A stretch of DNA of 63,439 nt, filler included, from Octopus bimaculoides (Eukaryota), in assembly GCF_001194135.2 (NCBI RefSeq). It is 6 parts of 6 records of this genome, joined end to end, with 100 filler letters (N's around TTAATTAATTAA, not from the genome) between each part and the next. Parts side by side here need not be neighbours in the genome. Positions count along the whole stretch, not along the records: positions 34,342 to 47,305 come from NC_068985.1; positions 47,406 to 53,655 come from NC_068991.1; 4 more parts are not named here. One strand, given 5' to 3'. The notes under the pieces were generated by a model. That model ran no database searches. It was not told the origin of the DNA and saw only the letters and a program-made list of their open reading frames with translations. How positions within the stretch are numbered: the stretch's first letter is position 1; each line of letters opens with the position of its first letter. Position numbers and translations under genes: made by a program. This document shows positions 39,449 to 52,281 of this stretch, piece by piece.

Positions 39449-39859
39449 ACAAACATATACGCATACATTTGTCTATGTGTTTCTGTGTGTTCAGACGAAT
39501 CCCGCCACAGACCTAAATACACATAAGTAATTATTTTATATATTCAATTGCAAATGTAATTAGCTGTTGTATTGACATGATGAAATGAACTGAAGAATCA
39601 TTTTGTATGTGTAAGAGTCCATTAAGCAAATCTTTTGAAATATTTCTATAAGGAATGAGGTCCAGCCAGATTTACGTTGATTTATAATGATTCGTTTGCC
39701 GGAAACACATTTGTATTTAAATGATTTCAACTTGCTATATATTCAGTAATTAGCTTTCCATTCACTCTACATTTCTACCAATCTATGCATTTACAAAGGA
39801 TCATTCCATCACATAGCAGACTTTTTATAACGCATATTTATATATATTCATAGATTGCT

Positions 39860-40030
39860 AACCACTACACATTTTCTTCTCTCCTTGTTTCTTTCTGTGT
39901 TCTTTCTGTGGAAGAGCGTAGGCTCGAAACGTTAAAGACTTTTTCAATTCCCAAACGTTATTCTAATACATCTGTTTGTTTCCTAAACCCCCTGTCTTCG
40001 TCTGTTGTTTTGTTGTGAATGCTCCCTATA
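39860..40030 (+). mobile_element. Penelope-like terminal-repeat fragment with hammerhead-like motif
   Basis: TCTTTCTGTGGAAGAGCGTAGGCTCGAAACGTTAAAGAC…CTAATACATCTGTTTGTT…GTCTTCGTC. A second copy lies at 58521-58655. Confidence 0.5.
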
Positions 40031-40344
40031 CTGTGTGCTACATTAGCTTGATAGTTCCATGTGAGGAGACTCTGATCTTTGACCGCTATGATAAAGCTTT
40101 ATCTCTCAGCTTCCAAACCAGCACAACGCGACCACTGTGGCTTTTTCTAATATCCACAACAGCTTCCGCAGCTCGTTGTGGGTATTGCCCATGCAATGAT
40201 TAGCAGTTTGGTTTGGTGCCATGCAACTTATCATTTCGTAAGCTAGTCAGAGAGACAAGGCTAGAATACGAGGAGCTACATTCCTGCAACTAACTAACGA
40301 AACTTTGTGGTGTATGGGACCAGCCTTTTTTTTTCTACCACACT

Positions 40345-40470
40345 AAATCTCCCTGAGCATTACGTTAGGTGGGCGCGTGTCTGTGGAATGTGTAGCAACA
40401 TGCACGTTAATGTCATGAGTTGGCTATTCTCTTAATCGGTACAACTGGAACTCCCGTCGGCGAGACCGGC
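40345..40470 (+). mobile_element. Decayed 3' part of SINE family D
   Basis: TACGTTAGG…GTGTCTGTGGAATGTG…TGCACGTTAAT…CAACTGGAACTCC aligns with 38490-38600. Confidence 0.55.
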
Positions 40471-40797
40471 TGAGTGTATATGTACACACACACACACGTA
40501 TATAAGAGGAATTTAGATGAATAAATATGGAGATATCAATGAAAAATAAAGACGTCTGCGCTTGACATAAAAATATACATGCAAACAAACAAACATACAT
40601 ACATACATACATACATACATACATACATACATACATACATAAATACATGCATACATACATACATACATGTAATACATGTAGAGAGAAGTAAAAACTGTCA
40701 GTCCTGAAATGTCGTGCTCTTCCCATTTGTATTTGTGTAGATTTTGTATTCCCGGAAAATTTGGTGTGTAAATATAGAGATAGAATATTTTGAGTTT

Positions 40798-40845
<48 letters not shown>

Positions 40846-43435
40846 NNNNNNNNNNNNNNNNNNNNNNNNNNNNNNNNNNNNNNNNNNNNNNNNNNNNNNN
40901 NNNNNNNNNNNNNNNNNNNNNNNNNNNNNNNNNNNNNNNNNNNNNNNNNNNNNNNNNNNNNNNNNNNNNNNNNNNNNNNNNNNNNNNNNNNNNNNNNNNN
41001 NNNNNNNNNNNNNNNNNNNNNNNNNNNNNNNNNNNNNNNNNNNNNNNNNNNNNNNNNNNNNNNNNNNNNNNNNNNNNNNNNNNNNNNNNNNNNNNNNNNN
41101 NNNNNNNNNNNNNNNNNNNNNNNNNNNNNNNNNNNNNNNNNNNNNNNNNNNNNNNNNNNNNNNNNNNNNNNNNNNNNNNNNNNNNNNNNNNNNNNNNNNN
41201 NNNNNNNNNNNNNNNNNNNNNNNNNNNNNNNNNNNNNNNNNNNNNNNNNNNNNNNNNGATGTGTATATATATATATATGTACACATACATTCATATGTGT
41301 GTGTGTGTGTTAAAGCATGGGATCCAGGTTTTCTCCGCATAGAAGGCACTGAGCAGTGCTTAAGAGGTTTAAACTTGAGAGTATATAGTAGTAAAAGGAA
41401 GGAGAAGCAAGATAGATCAATATATAAATTATATCAAACATATGAAATGCAATAAACGTATATATGTAAACATATAAAAACATGTCCGACTTATACGGAA
41501 TGCAAATTGTATAGATAATTAATGGGGTTGATGAAAAGTATTATCAATCCAACAGCTGATTACTAGGGCTTGGTGGTCCATAATAATATCTGTAGGTTGA
41601 TTCCGTCATAAGATGAGACGGACCTTCGTTTTCACAGAAGGCATCATACGTGTGGAATTTTAAGGGAAAGATGTTCTGAAATGGAATCCCATATAAACAT
41701 TCTGATATGCCATTATGATTATGCATTCCCATCGATGTTTGCAGAACGTGTTAATAGATTTTAAATGCTTCCATTAGTTGCGAGTTATTTAGAATAGAAT
41801 ATCTTTATTATAACAATCTTGGAATGTTCATGAAGAAACTCAGAAGTGATTTCATTTCTATATATCATTATTCACAAGTATACATTTTAAATTGTATACA
41901 AATATAATTCTCGAAACATTTAAGCATATTTTCAGTTCACTGCATTTTGTCACTATTATGAATTCTAAATGGTAATTTGCTCTCATGCTAATTGATTGAA
42001 AATCTTCGTTAAAGTTTCCCGTCAAATAGACACACAACATTCTATTTCATTCCCTGATTCATATAACTATGCATTTTCTATTCTGGAAATTTTAAAAGCC
42101 CCTTTTCTAACGTATATCTCTAACATTCATGAAATATTTACGATTGCAAAGGCCATAATAAAACAGAATAGTTTGAACTATCTCGCACATTTTCCAAGCA
42201 AACATGAATATCATTAAAATTAAAATTTATGTGGCTTCATACTACACGTCTCTTTAATATTGTCTATTTGCATAGAGATTTTTTTAAATATATGCATAAA
42301 TGCAAGTTAGCGAATTTTCATTACGCACATACATACGTATGCCTACGCACACACATCCATACAGAGGCATAAATACACACACATGCACACGTGCACGCGC
42401 ACATAAAAATGCAAGCACACACACACACGCATACACATGCACACACATAAGCCGAAAATGCAGGTTAAAACATGTAGGCGTAAGGAGCCTATTTACATGG
42501 AATATTGCGTTTACAAATAAATGAATGATGTAATCATGGCCCAGCTATACAGCAATTTCGGACAAAAAATGACTGGTGCGATGTCGTTGAATATTATGTA
42601 ATGAAATTCAATAATGTTTGTAGGCTGTGCGTACATGCACAAGTATTTGAAAGATTTGTATTGCGAAATTATATTACCACCACTAGAAGACTGTAGCAAA
42701 TAACTCAGTTAAAAAACATTCATTAAAATATGTAACAGCTTCCGTAAGAAACGAGATGATATGTGTTAAGTGGGGATTTGAAATTAAGGAATATAGCGAG
42801 AAAGATGTGATGGAGACGACGGTTGGAGCTGCTAAGGAAGTGTTGGTACTTAAATGCACCGAGAAAAATGAACGACATAATGGTGATTATACAACAACAA
42901 ACTAAAAAAAACACAGATGTAGGTTAGATTTAAAGAACGCCAACGTCAAGTTAAAAGTGAAATAAATTGAGAGATAAAAAGACTATAGTCGCCGTCGAGG
43001 CGTAAAGGTAAGACGGTAAATCATAGTCAGTCACGAAGATAATAAAGCAAAATAAAGAAGGAATGAAAATAACGAAAAATAAAGAAAGACAGCTAAAAAA
43101 AACGCTAGCAAGAGGTCAATTGAACTTTTTATCTTCATTGTCTGCTTCCATATCCACTCGAGGAATATTGTTTTAATAGCCTACTTCTCACATTACGGCA
43201 TTTTACGTTTTGGATTTATCTGAGTGCAAACTGGCTTAGTATCTAGAGCAGACGTTCTTTAATATTCAACATCTTCTCTCTCCTTCTCGCTTCCTCTCTC
43301 TCTTTACATCTCCAGACTCACAAACAACTATATATATGTGTGTTTCAGCGTGTACACGTGTGTGTGTGTGCGCCTGTGTAATGTAGTGCATATGCATACA
43401 TAGCTGCGAGGGTCGTCAGGAAGACATAAAAATCA

Positions 43436-43551
<116 letters not shown>

Positions 43552-43734
43552 ATGTATATATGTATACTGTATATTATATATTATTACATTTATTTCAGTT
43601 ACCTCTTATACGTTTTATTACATTGTTTATGGAAATAGCTATATAATATATGATTAAATAATTGAATTAACTTAAGAAAATATGAAGTACGCCATAATAA
43701 TTATCTAATTATCTTGTATAATTTTCATTTAAAC

Positions 43735-44157
43735 ATGCCTTGTAACATACTCCTACAGCTGTTTCTGGCTGGCCAGTATCATATTGCCCAGATTGCGGTG
43801 GAACATCGACGTCTTACTGGGGTTCAGGGACTTGATCAGACAAACCAAGTTGGAGGACACTACATACATCGGAGGCATGTTGTCTACAAACCGGACTACA
43901 ATCCTTTTGCTCACCATAGACTGACGGACGGCAGTGCTAGCATTTTGAGCAAACGCTTTGCCAATGCTACACTGGCGTACTTTCTTTGCACATCGCTGCG
44001 ACGACTGGCTACTGACACTGCTACCAGAAGATTGTCTGTGTATGTGAGCAGAAGTGCAAACCTGGATCCTCTCCTCAAACTGCTAATATATCTATCTGCC
44101 TGTGTCAGCATCGAAAGCGAAGGCTTTGTAAATAACGGGGGCGGCAATGACAAATAG
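43735..44157 (+). CDS. Hypothetical protein (140 aa from ATG 43735, or a 132-aa terminal exon from the acceptor at 43759)
   Basis: Stop-free, GC-richer unique island in AT-rich DNA. It has AAAC-ATG context or a phase-0 acceptor CATACTCCTACAG|, TAG at 44155-44157 and AATAAA at 44167. I recognise no homology. Confidence 0.4.
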   Translation: MPCNILLQLFLAGQYHIAQIAVEHRRLTGVQGLDQTNQVGGHYIHRRHVVYKPDYNPFAHHRLTDGSASILSKRFANATLAYFLCTSLRRLATDTATRRLSVYVSRSANLDPLLKLLIYLSACVSIESEGFVNNGGGNDK

Positions 44158-44246
44158 TGTGTAAAAAATAAATAACTGTCGAACTGTACTCCTTATCGTT
44201 TGCTCTATCTTATTCAATTACACACACACACACACACATACACACA

Positions 44247-44288
<42 letters not shown>

Positions 44289-44511
44289 NNNNNNNNNNNN
44301 NNNNNNNNNNNNNNNNNNNNNNNNNNNNNNNNNNNNNNNNNNNNNNNNNNNNNNNNNNNNNNNNNNNNNNNNNNNNNNNNNNNNNNNNNNNNNNNNNNNN
44401 NNNNNNNNNNNNNNNNNNNNNNNNNNNNNNNNNNNNNNNNNNNNNNNNNNNNNNNNNNNNNNNNNNNNNNNNNNNNNNNNNNNNNNNNNNNNNNNNNNNN
44501 NNNNNNNNNNN

Positions 44512-44544
<33 letters not shown>

Positions 44545-46581
44545 TAATTGGAAGGGGATGCGTGGTGTTCAACTATATAATATATTTATGTTATATATAT
44601 ATGTATATATATATAAATGTGTGTTTGTTGAAAGAAAACTTATTGTATCTAGGGAGGGTCATTACGCAAATAAGAAATATAATAAGCACACGCACTGGTT
44701 CAATATCACTTCCAGACTTTTCCAGCTAAGTTGTTGATTGAACAATCATGCGGTTTTTAGTTTTCTATAAGAGACGCGAGATCTCATCAATAATTAGTTC
44801 TCACTTCGCAAGATCTGCTTTGAGTGTGTCTGAAAACTCGTTAAACAAACCATTGAGTAGTTAGTTGGTAAAATAAAGAATTGATATTACACCGGTTTGT
44901 GTGTTCATTTAAAATTTTGTTTGTTGACTGATCCTCCCTACACACAACAACTACTTACATGTGAATCTATAAATTTCAAAATGGCATTGAAATGTTTCTT
45001 ATATAGAGTGAGTTCTACCTATTTATCTTTCACATTTTTAAATTGTTTGATTATTTTCTATAAAGAAGAATATTGCATCTGTCACTAAATCATAATTTAT
45101 ATATATATTATACAGGTTTATATGTCTGTGTATGTGCGTATGTGCGTATGTGTGAGTGTGTGTGTATATGTATGTGTGTATGTTCTCATACTGTGTGCAT
45201 AGATAAGAGCATGTGCGAAATGTGATCTTAAAGAGATGCTGTCTAATTAGGAGTCTGGCATGGGGTTCAAGCGGTCATGTTTCAGGAATTATTTTGAGCT
45301 GAAAAGAATTATTTGGACTTGAGTAGCAAGTGTTTGTGTTTGTGTGTGTGTGTGTGTGTGTATGTGTGTGTGCGCGTGTGTTTGTGTGTGTGTTTTGTAT
45401 TTGCAGGATGGATCCATATTTCATATCGGATTCTCAGTCTGGTGTGCGTGAAGATCATATCATTACAGTTTTTTTTTCTTAATATCTATGAGCTGTAATT
45501 ACATTTCAATCGTATTAAGTTTGGATTGTTTAAATATCTGAGTTAAGAAATAAAAATAAGTGATGAAATCTCCATGAAAATAATGATACTCCTTCCTTTT
45601 TGTTTTTCTTGTCTGTGTCGTATATCTCTTAGATTGTCAGATGAAGTCGTTCGTTTACTCCTACTTGACACTGCGTCAACTTGTAGATCACAAACAAGAT
45701 CAAAATCATTGAAATATCAATTACGATAAACAATGGCTAAAGTAGAATAGAGATAATACAATTCATTCGTTACTACGAGAAAAATATTCATTGTTTTAAT
45801 GTAAATTTTATTTGAATAAACGAAACAAATTAATTTATCTAACATCCCTATAAAATAGCTATTGGACTTCGTCAGCTTTTGCTGTGTATATTGATGAGAC
45901 TCACTTCAGTCCTCCTATTTTACAATTTCTTCTTCTCCTGTAACGACATAACCTTGAACTTCTTTTACAGGAGATCCTCCATCTTGAATATTATTGTTAA
46001 TCGCGTCTTTCCTCCCCAGCAAACGACTTGCAAATGTTTAAATCCATGTAAACGGTTGTTTAGATAAATGTAAAGAGAGATTCCTATTACGCATCGAAAT
46101 AAGAAAAATAAAACCAGGTTGCTTTGGTTGATAAATCTATAACGAGTTGTCTGTTAATCCATTCGAACGTGCGAAAATGCTTTATCGAAAACATCGATAG
46201 TCGGTCATTTTATATTCATTTTCTAAATATCGATGCAGTTTCTTCATTAACTTTACCCTCCCTAAACATTCTACTTGGCAACCAACTTGCTAACAGGAAA
46301 CCTTTCATGTTAACATTGCCAGGAAACTTATTTAGACGATTTTCTAAGAACGATGCTCTAAAATCGAAACACATCCAAGCTGAATATTTCTCTGATATAA
46401 TCTCGTTTAATGTAACTTGTCTTCAAATATGAATTTTCTTATTGGATTTTGCGATTTGATGTTAAGTAACTTTGATTAACTTTAACAGATATCAATAAAC
46501 ACACACACACTGCTATGCCTGCCTATATATANNNNNNNNNNNNNNNNNNNNNNNNNNNNNNNNNNNNNNNNNNNNNNNNNN

Positions 46582-46613
<32 letters not shown>

Positions 46614-48508
46614 ATTCATATTTATGATTATGTGAATGTGAATGCGTGTAAATCTGATAGTGAAGAGTCACTTGAAACAACGTTAAGTCATTGAGTACAA
46701 TACATAAATATATAATGCAATCCCCTTCCAGACAAATTGGTGCCAAGCAGGCAGATGCTCATGTAAATCTATTTCACATGTTGTCTTCGTCAGTGGCAAT
46801 TCAAACAAAATCCTGTGTGCTGCCGTTTTCTTTTCATCTTCAAAACCACTGATGTACTGAAATAACTAGAATGCTAAGAACAAAATATCAACAATATCTT
46901 GTATATGGGAATGGAAGCAGCGTATGAGAAGACGTAAGAGCGATCGATATTTGTCTGTTTATTAATACATTTTCATGTCACATTATTAGTCAAGTACTTA
47001 CGTAGGAAGATCATATTATGCATTCTTTGAGCTTTTGCGCGTTTCTGTCATTGGATTGCGGCCATTTTGGAGCACTGTCTTGAAGGTTGTACTCGGAAAG
47101 GTCGATCTCAGTACTTATTTCCATGTCTGGTACTTATTTTCTCGTTACTTTCACGAAGTGTTGACTTACGGGGATGTAAACAAACCAGCACATAGTGTTA
47201 AATGCTTCTGATAAAAAACAACTTCATGCACACAAGACACGCACGTACTCATACGTACACAGACACACACATTTACACATGCATAAATATATATATATAT
47301 ATATANNNNNNNNNNNNNNNNNNNNNNNNNNNNNNNNNNNNNNNNNNNNTTAATTAATTAANNNNNNNNNNNNNNNNNNNNNNNNNNNNNNNNNNNNNNN
47401 NNNNNTATACATAGGTATGCATGTGTGAGTGTGGTGTATATGTCTACGTATAGATGTATATAACAATATATAAATATATATATACATATATATATATGTC
47501 CATACACGTACATATGTATACATACATGTGTGCATTGTTTGTACATGCGTCTCTGTATTTGTGGTGTGCGTGTGTATGACAACTGAATTAAAAACACATC
47601 GCAAAAACTACCTCTTCAAACTACAAGTTTAAAATTATCAGAAACATACTCAATATAAAAATATAAGCCGTAGTCGAGAGATCTATAATGATTCTGATAT
47701 AGTGAGGAATGAAAAATAAAATCATTAAAGGTGACGTAGAACAAAATATGTAACTAACAGCCAGCAGAAATTAAAGAGAATCAAAAGAAATACTGGACAT
47801 TTCACTAACTAAGTGGCACTCTAATTAACAAAGACCAGAAGTACTAGTTCGACATCCCAAAGTTTCAAAATGTAAATAATAACCATGGNNNNNNNNNNNN
47901 NNNNNNNNNNNNNNNNNNNNNNNNNNNNNNNNNNNNNNNNNNNNNNNNNNNNNNNNNNNNNNNNNNNNNNNNNNNNNNNNNNNNNNNNNNNNNNNNNNNN
48001 NNNNNNNNNNNNNNNNNNNNNNNNNNNNNNNNNNNNNNNNNNNNNNNNNNNNNNNNNNNNNNNNNNNNNNNNNNNNNNNNNNNNNNNNNNNNNNNNNNNN
48101 NNNNNNNNNNNNNNNNNNNNNNNNNNNNNNNNNNNNNNNNNNNNNNNNNNNNNNNNNNNNNNNNNNNNNNNNNNNNNNNNNNNNNNNNNNNNNNNNNNNN
48201 NNNNNNNNNNNNNNNNNNNNNNNNNNNNNNNNNNNNNNNNNNNNNNNNNNNNNNNNNNNNNNNNNNNNNNNNNNNNNNNNNNNNNNNNNNNNNNNNNNNN
48301 NNNNNNNNNNNNNNNNNNNNNNNNNNNNNNNNNNNNNNNNNNNNNNNNNNNNNNNNNNNNNNNNNNNNNNNNNNNNNNNNNNNNNNNNNNNNNNNNNNNN
48401 NNNNNNNNNNNNNNNNNNNNNNNNNNNNNNNNNNNNNNNNNNNNNNNNNNNNNNNNNNNNNNNNNNNNNNNNNNNNNNNNNNNNNNNNNNNNNNNNNNNN
48501 NNNNNNNN

Positions 48509-48740
48509 GTAAGCCTAGTACTTATTCTATCGGTCTCGTTTGCTGAACCACTAGGTTACGTCGACGTAAACAGATCACCATCAGTTGTCAAGCGAAGGTG
48601 GGGGGACAAACATATATACGTCGGGCTTCTTTCAGTTTCCATCTATCGAATACACTCACATGGCTTTGGTCGGCCCGAGGCTATAGTAGAAGACACTTGC
48701 CCAAGGTGTCACGTAGTGGGACTGAACCCGGAACTATGTG
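48509..48740 (-). mobile_element. SINE family B
   Basis: Reverse complement contains GTTCCGGGTTCAGTCCCACTACGTGACACCTTGGGCAAGTGTCTTCTACTATAGCCTCGGGCCGACCAAAGCC (tRNA head plus CORE-like TTGGGCAAGT). Confidence 0.8.
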
Positions 48741-49924
48741 TGTATGTGTGTGTATGTGTGTGTATGTGTGTGTGTGTGTGTGTGTTTGTAGCCCCCTAAT
48801 TTAGTGGTTCGGCAAACGAGGATGATGAAATAAGTACTCGGCTTAAAAAATAGAACTCGGGTCGATTCATTCGACCTAAAATTCTTCAAATAACCGAAAC
48901 AAGTACAAGATAAAAGATGGCTTCTTGCAGGGGAGAATGGGGGGACTAAAAGTGGTGAGCGAAGGGATCGTTTAGGTTAGGTTTCACACAACATTTCATT
49001 GAAGACTGGACATCTTAGAATATAAACCACGTTACGCAGATGGTGTACCTGGTTCTTTATTTCATCGCCGAAATTCATGTTTACCACAAACGTTAATTTA
49101 TTTTGCTCTCGTAAATTTATGTTTAGCACAAGCATTAATTTATTCTGTTCTCGTTAATAATGGTTAATATCAAATTAAAATATGACATCATGTTATATGT
49201 CGGGCTTCACTATGAATTTCAAGATTTCAATTTTAAAACTCATTAAGCAACTAACACCTTTACAGACCGGAAACGATAGGGTTCTTTATATCACCTTACT
49301 TCCTAAATTATACTGGGAATCAGTATAAATTTACAATCAGTGCTAGTGTTAATTCAGGGGGATTTTAATGGTTTGGAATATAATATAAACGCCATGTAAG
49401 ATTGATATTTATTGCATTTCTAAAGTATCTAGTGACAAAAGAGCAAAGATAATGGAGACAGGAAATTGAAATGGAGATAATGATTCGGCTTTGTCTTACC
49501 TTATCGTTAATGGAGAAATAAAGAATAATTTCACTAAGCACTTTGCCAAATCCTTAAATCTCTCGTTATATTATATTCTTTTTCATTGTTTCTGTCTTTT
49601 TACTTGTTTCGAACATTGGACGGTAATTATTCTGCGACAAGTTGAGGGTTTAATCTAAAGAAATCGCTCACCTGTACTTGATTTTTTTATATCTAGTACA
49701 AACTCTATTGGGATCTTTCGCTGAAACGCAAATTAATGGGTCGTAACTGCACGAACACCGGTTTTCAAGAGATGCAAGTACACACATACAGACACACATA
49801 CACGCACACACACATATTTATATACACGTACACACACACACTCACTTATACACAGGCGCACACATATATATACGCGTTCATATCTATATGGGTTACACAC
49901 AGTTTCTATGTACCAAATTCACTA

Positions 49925-50135
49925 AGGCGGCGAGATGGCAGAAACGTTAGCACACCGGGCGAAATGCTCAGTAGTATTTCGTCTGTCTTTACGTTCTGGA
50001 TTCAAATTCCGCCGAGGTCGACTTTACTTTCCATCCTTTCGGGGTCGATACATTAAGTGCCAGTTGCGTATTTGGGTCGATCTAATCGACTGGCCCTCTG
50101 CGCCAAAATTTCGGGCCCTGTACCTAGATTAGAAA
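49925..50135 (+). mobile_element. SINE family A, full length (a minus-strand family B fragment follows at ~50135-50262)
   Basis: AAGGCGGCGAGATGGCAGAAACGTTAGCACACCGGGCGAAATGC…GGATTCAAATTCCGCCGAGGTCGAC…AAAATTTCGGGCCCTGTACCTAG. Confidence 0.85.
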
Positions 50136-51289
50136 ATATTCCATGTGCCAAATTTACTCATTGACATTGGTCGGCTTGGGGCTATAAGAAAGCACATCCA
50201 GGATGTCACGGAGTAGGGTTGAACCTCAAACCACGTAGTTGCGAAGCGAACTTCTTAACCATACGATGATAAAATATTTCACCATCTTATCCAAATGTAC
50301 TTGAATTTTTTCGAAGAGTTTCTTAATTTCTAACAAGTTTGATTCTAAACATTGTGTTTAATAATTGAATACCTAAATCAATTTTTATTAGAAAACGTTT
50401 CGATTCGAATGTCTTGTAATATTTCCTAACGATTCTACTAACTCTACAGCATTGTTCTCTCTGTTTCACACATTCTCTTTCCCTCTTTCGCTCTGTCACC
50501 CTGCCTTTGTGTCTCTCTGTCTCTTCCCTCTGTCGCTCATTCTCTGTCTCTCTTTTTCTATTCTCGTCGTAGTATTAAAAACAATAGATCGAAATTTAGG
50601 TGCAATGCTAGCTATATTAAGCGGTTGTGGTTTGTTGATACCCTGCTGCTAAAACTCATAAACAATTCACGAGGAGATAGCTTTGAACAGCAAAATACTA
50701 AAACAAATTAAAAATTACGAATGAATAACTAAGAAAAGAAAGTAGTGACCCAAAGACCTTCTGAGCTTGGCTCAGAGTTCAGGGAAATATATGAAACATT
50801 ACGAAAAACGAAACAAGAAGACGCGTTTGATTTATGCGATTCAAAAATAAAATCGAAGTTGCACTAAAAAGCAACTATTTCTGTAACATAATCATAGATA
50901 CGAGTTTCACTTGCAAACAAAAGTCTGAAATACACATTGATTTCGTTCAGAACATATTGCCTTACAGAATTAACCACTGCTTCAATATGATACAGTAGAG
51001 ATATGAAGAGAGATATATCAGCATTATAACATGCATGGAAACCATTTATAGAATAATTTTCGACGTAAGCAGAAAGAGAGAAAAATTGCATGAAGTGAAT
51101 AGTTGAAGTTATCGACTCTAGTATTTGACTGGCAGTTATTTTATCGAATCTATAAGGATGAAAGTCAAAGATGACATCAATGAGACGCATGCATAAAACG
51201 AAAAAAGAAGAAAAAAACTTTTAAGAAAACATTTGCTTTTCGCTCTTTATATTACCAGCGCCAAACACATTTAGAATTATAATAATATA

Positions 51290-51395
51290 TTACAATTTAT
51301 ACACAAATATATAATAATTTATAAACAAATATATATTATAATTTATACACAAATATATGATAATTTATACACAAATATATGATAATTTATACACA
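51290..51395. repeat. ~22-bp minisatellite, about 5 copies
   Basis: Tandem AATTTATACACAAATATATGAT-like units. Confidence 0.8.
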
Positions 51396-51678
51396 GATTT
51401 CTTTCTTTTTATTAATCAAATCATTTCCAGGATTCAAACTTATGCATCCCTATTTTTTAAAAAAACATTCCTAGTTTTAAAAACACTAGGTTTTTGAGTG
51501 ATAACTAGATTCACTGGATAGAACGGCAGTCGTTATTTTAATTTTTATTGCGATGGAAAACCAGGTCGGAATTTTTGCAAGTGAAAGTCACCCACTTATC
51601 GGTCGGTGGGGATAAACCGGGTGGTACATTAAGTCTACCACCTAAGTAGTATTTGAACTCAGAGCGTAAAGTGCCGGA

Positions 51679-51710
<32 letters not shown>

Positions 51711-52248
51711 GACCANNNNNNNNNNNNNNNNNNNNNNNNNNNNNNNNNNNNNNNNNNNNNNNNNNNNNNNNNNNNNNNNNNNNNNNNNNNNNNNNNNNNN
51801 NNNNNNNNNNNNNNNNNNNNNNNNNNNNNNNNNNNNNNNNNNNNNNNNNNNNNNNNNNNNNNNNNNNNNNNNNNNNNNNNNNNNNNNNNNNNNNNNNNNN
51901 NNNNNNNNNNNNNNNNNNNNNNNNNNNNNNNNNNNNNNNNNNNNNNNNNNNNNNNNNNNNNNNNNNNNNNNNNNNNNNNNNNNNNNNNNNNNNNNNNNNN
52001 NNNNNNNNNNNNNNNNNNNNNNNNNNNNNNNNNNNNNNNNNNNNNNNNNNNNNNNNNNNNNNNNNNNNNNNNNNNNNNNNNNNNNNNNNNNNNNNNNNNN
52101 NNNNNNNNNNNNNNNNNNNNNNNNNNNNNNNNNNNNNNNNNNNNNNNNNNNNNNNNNNNNNNNNNNNNNNNNNNNNNNNNNNNNNNNNNNNNNNNNNNNN
52201 NNNNNNNNNNNNNNNNNNNNNNNNNNNNNNNNNNNNNNNNNNNNNNNN

Positions 52249-52281
<33 letters not shown>

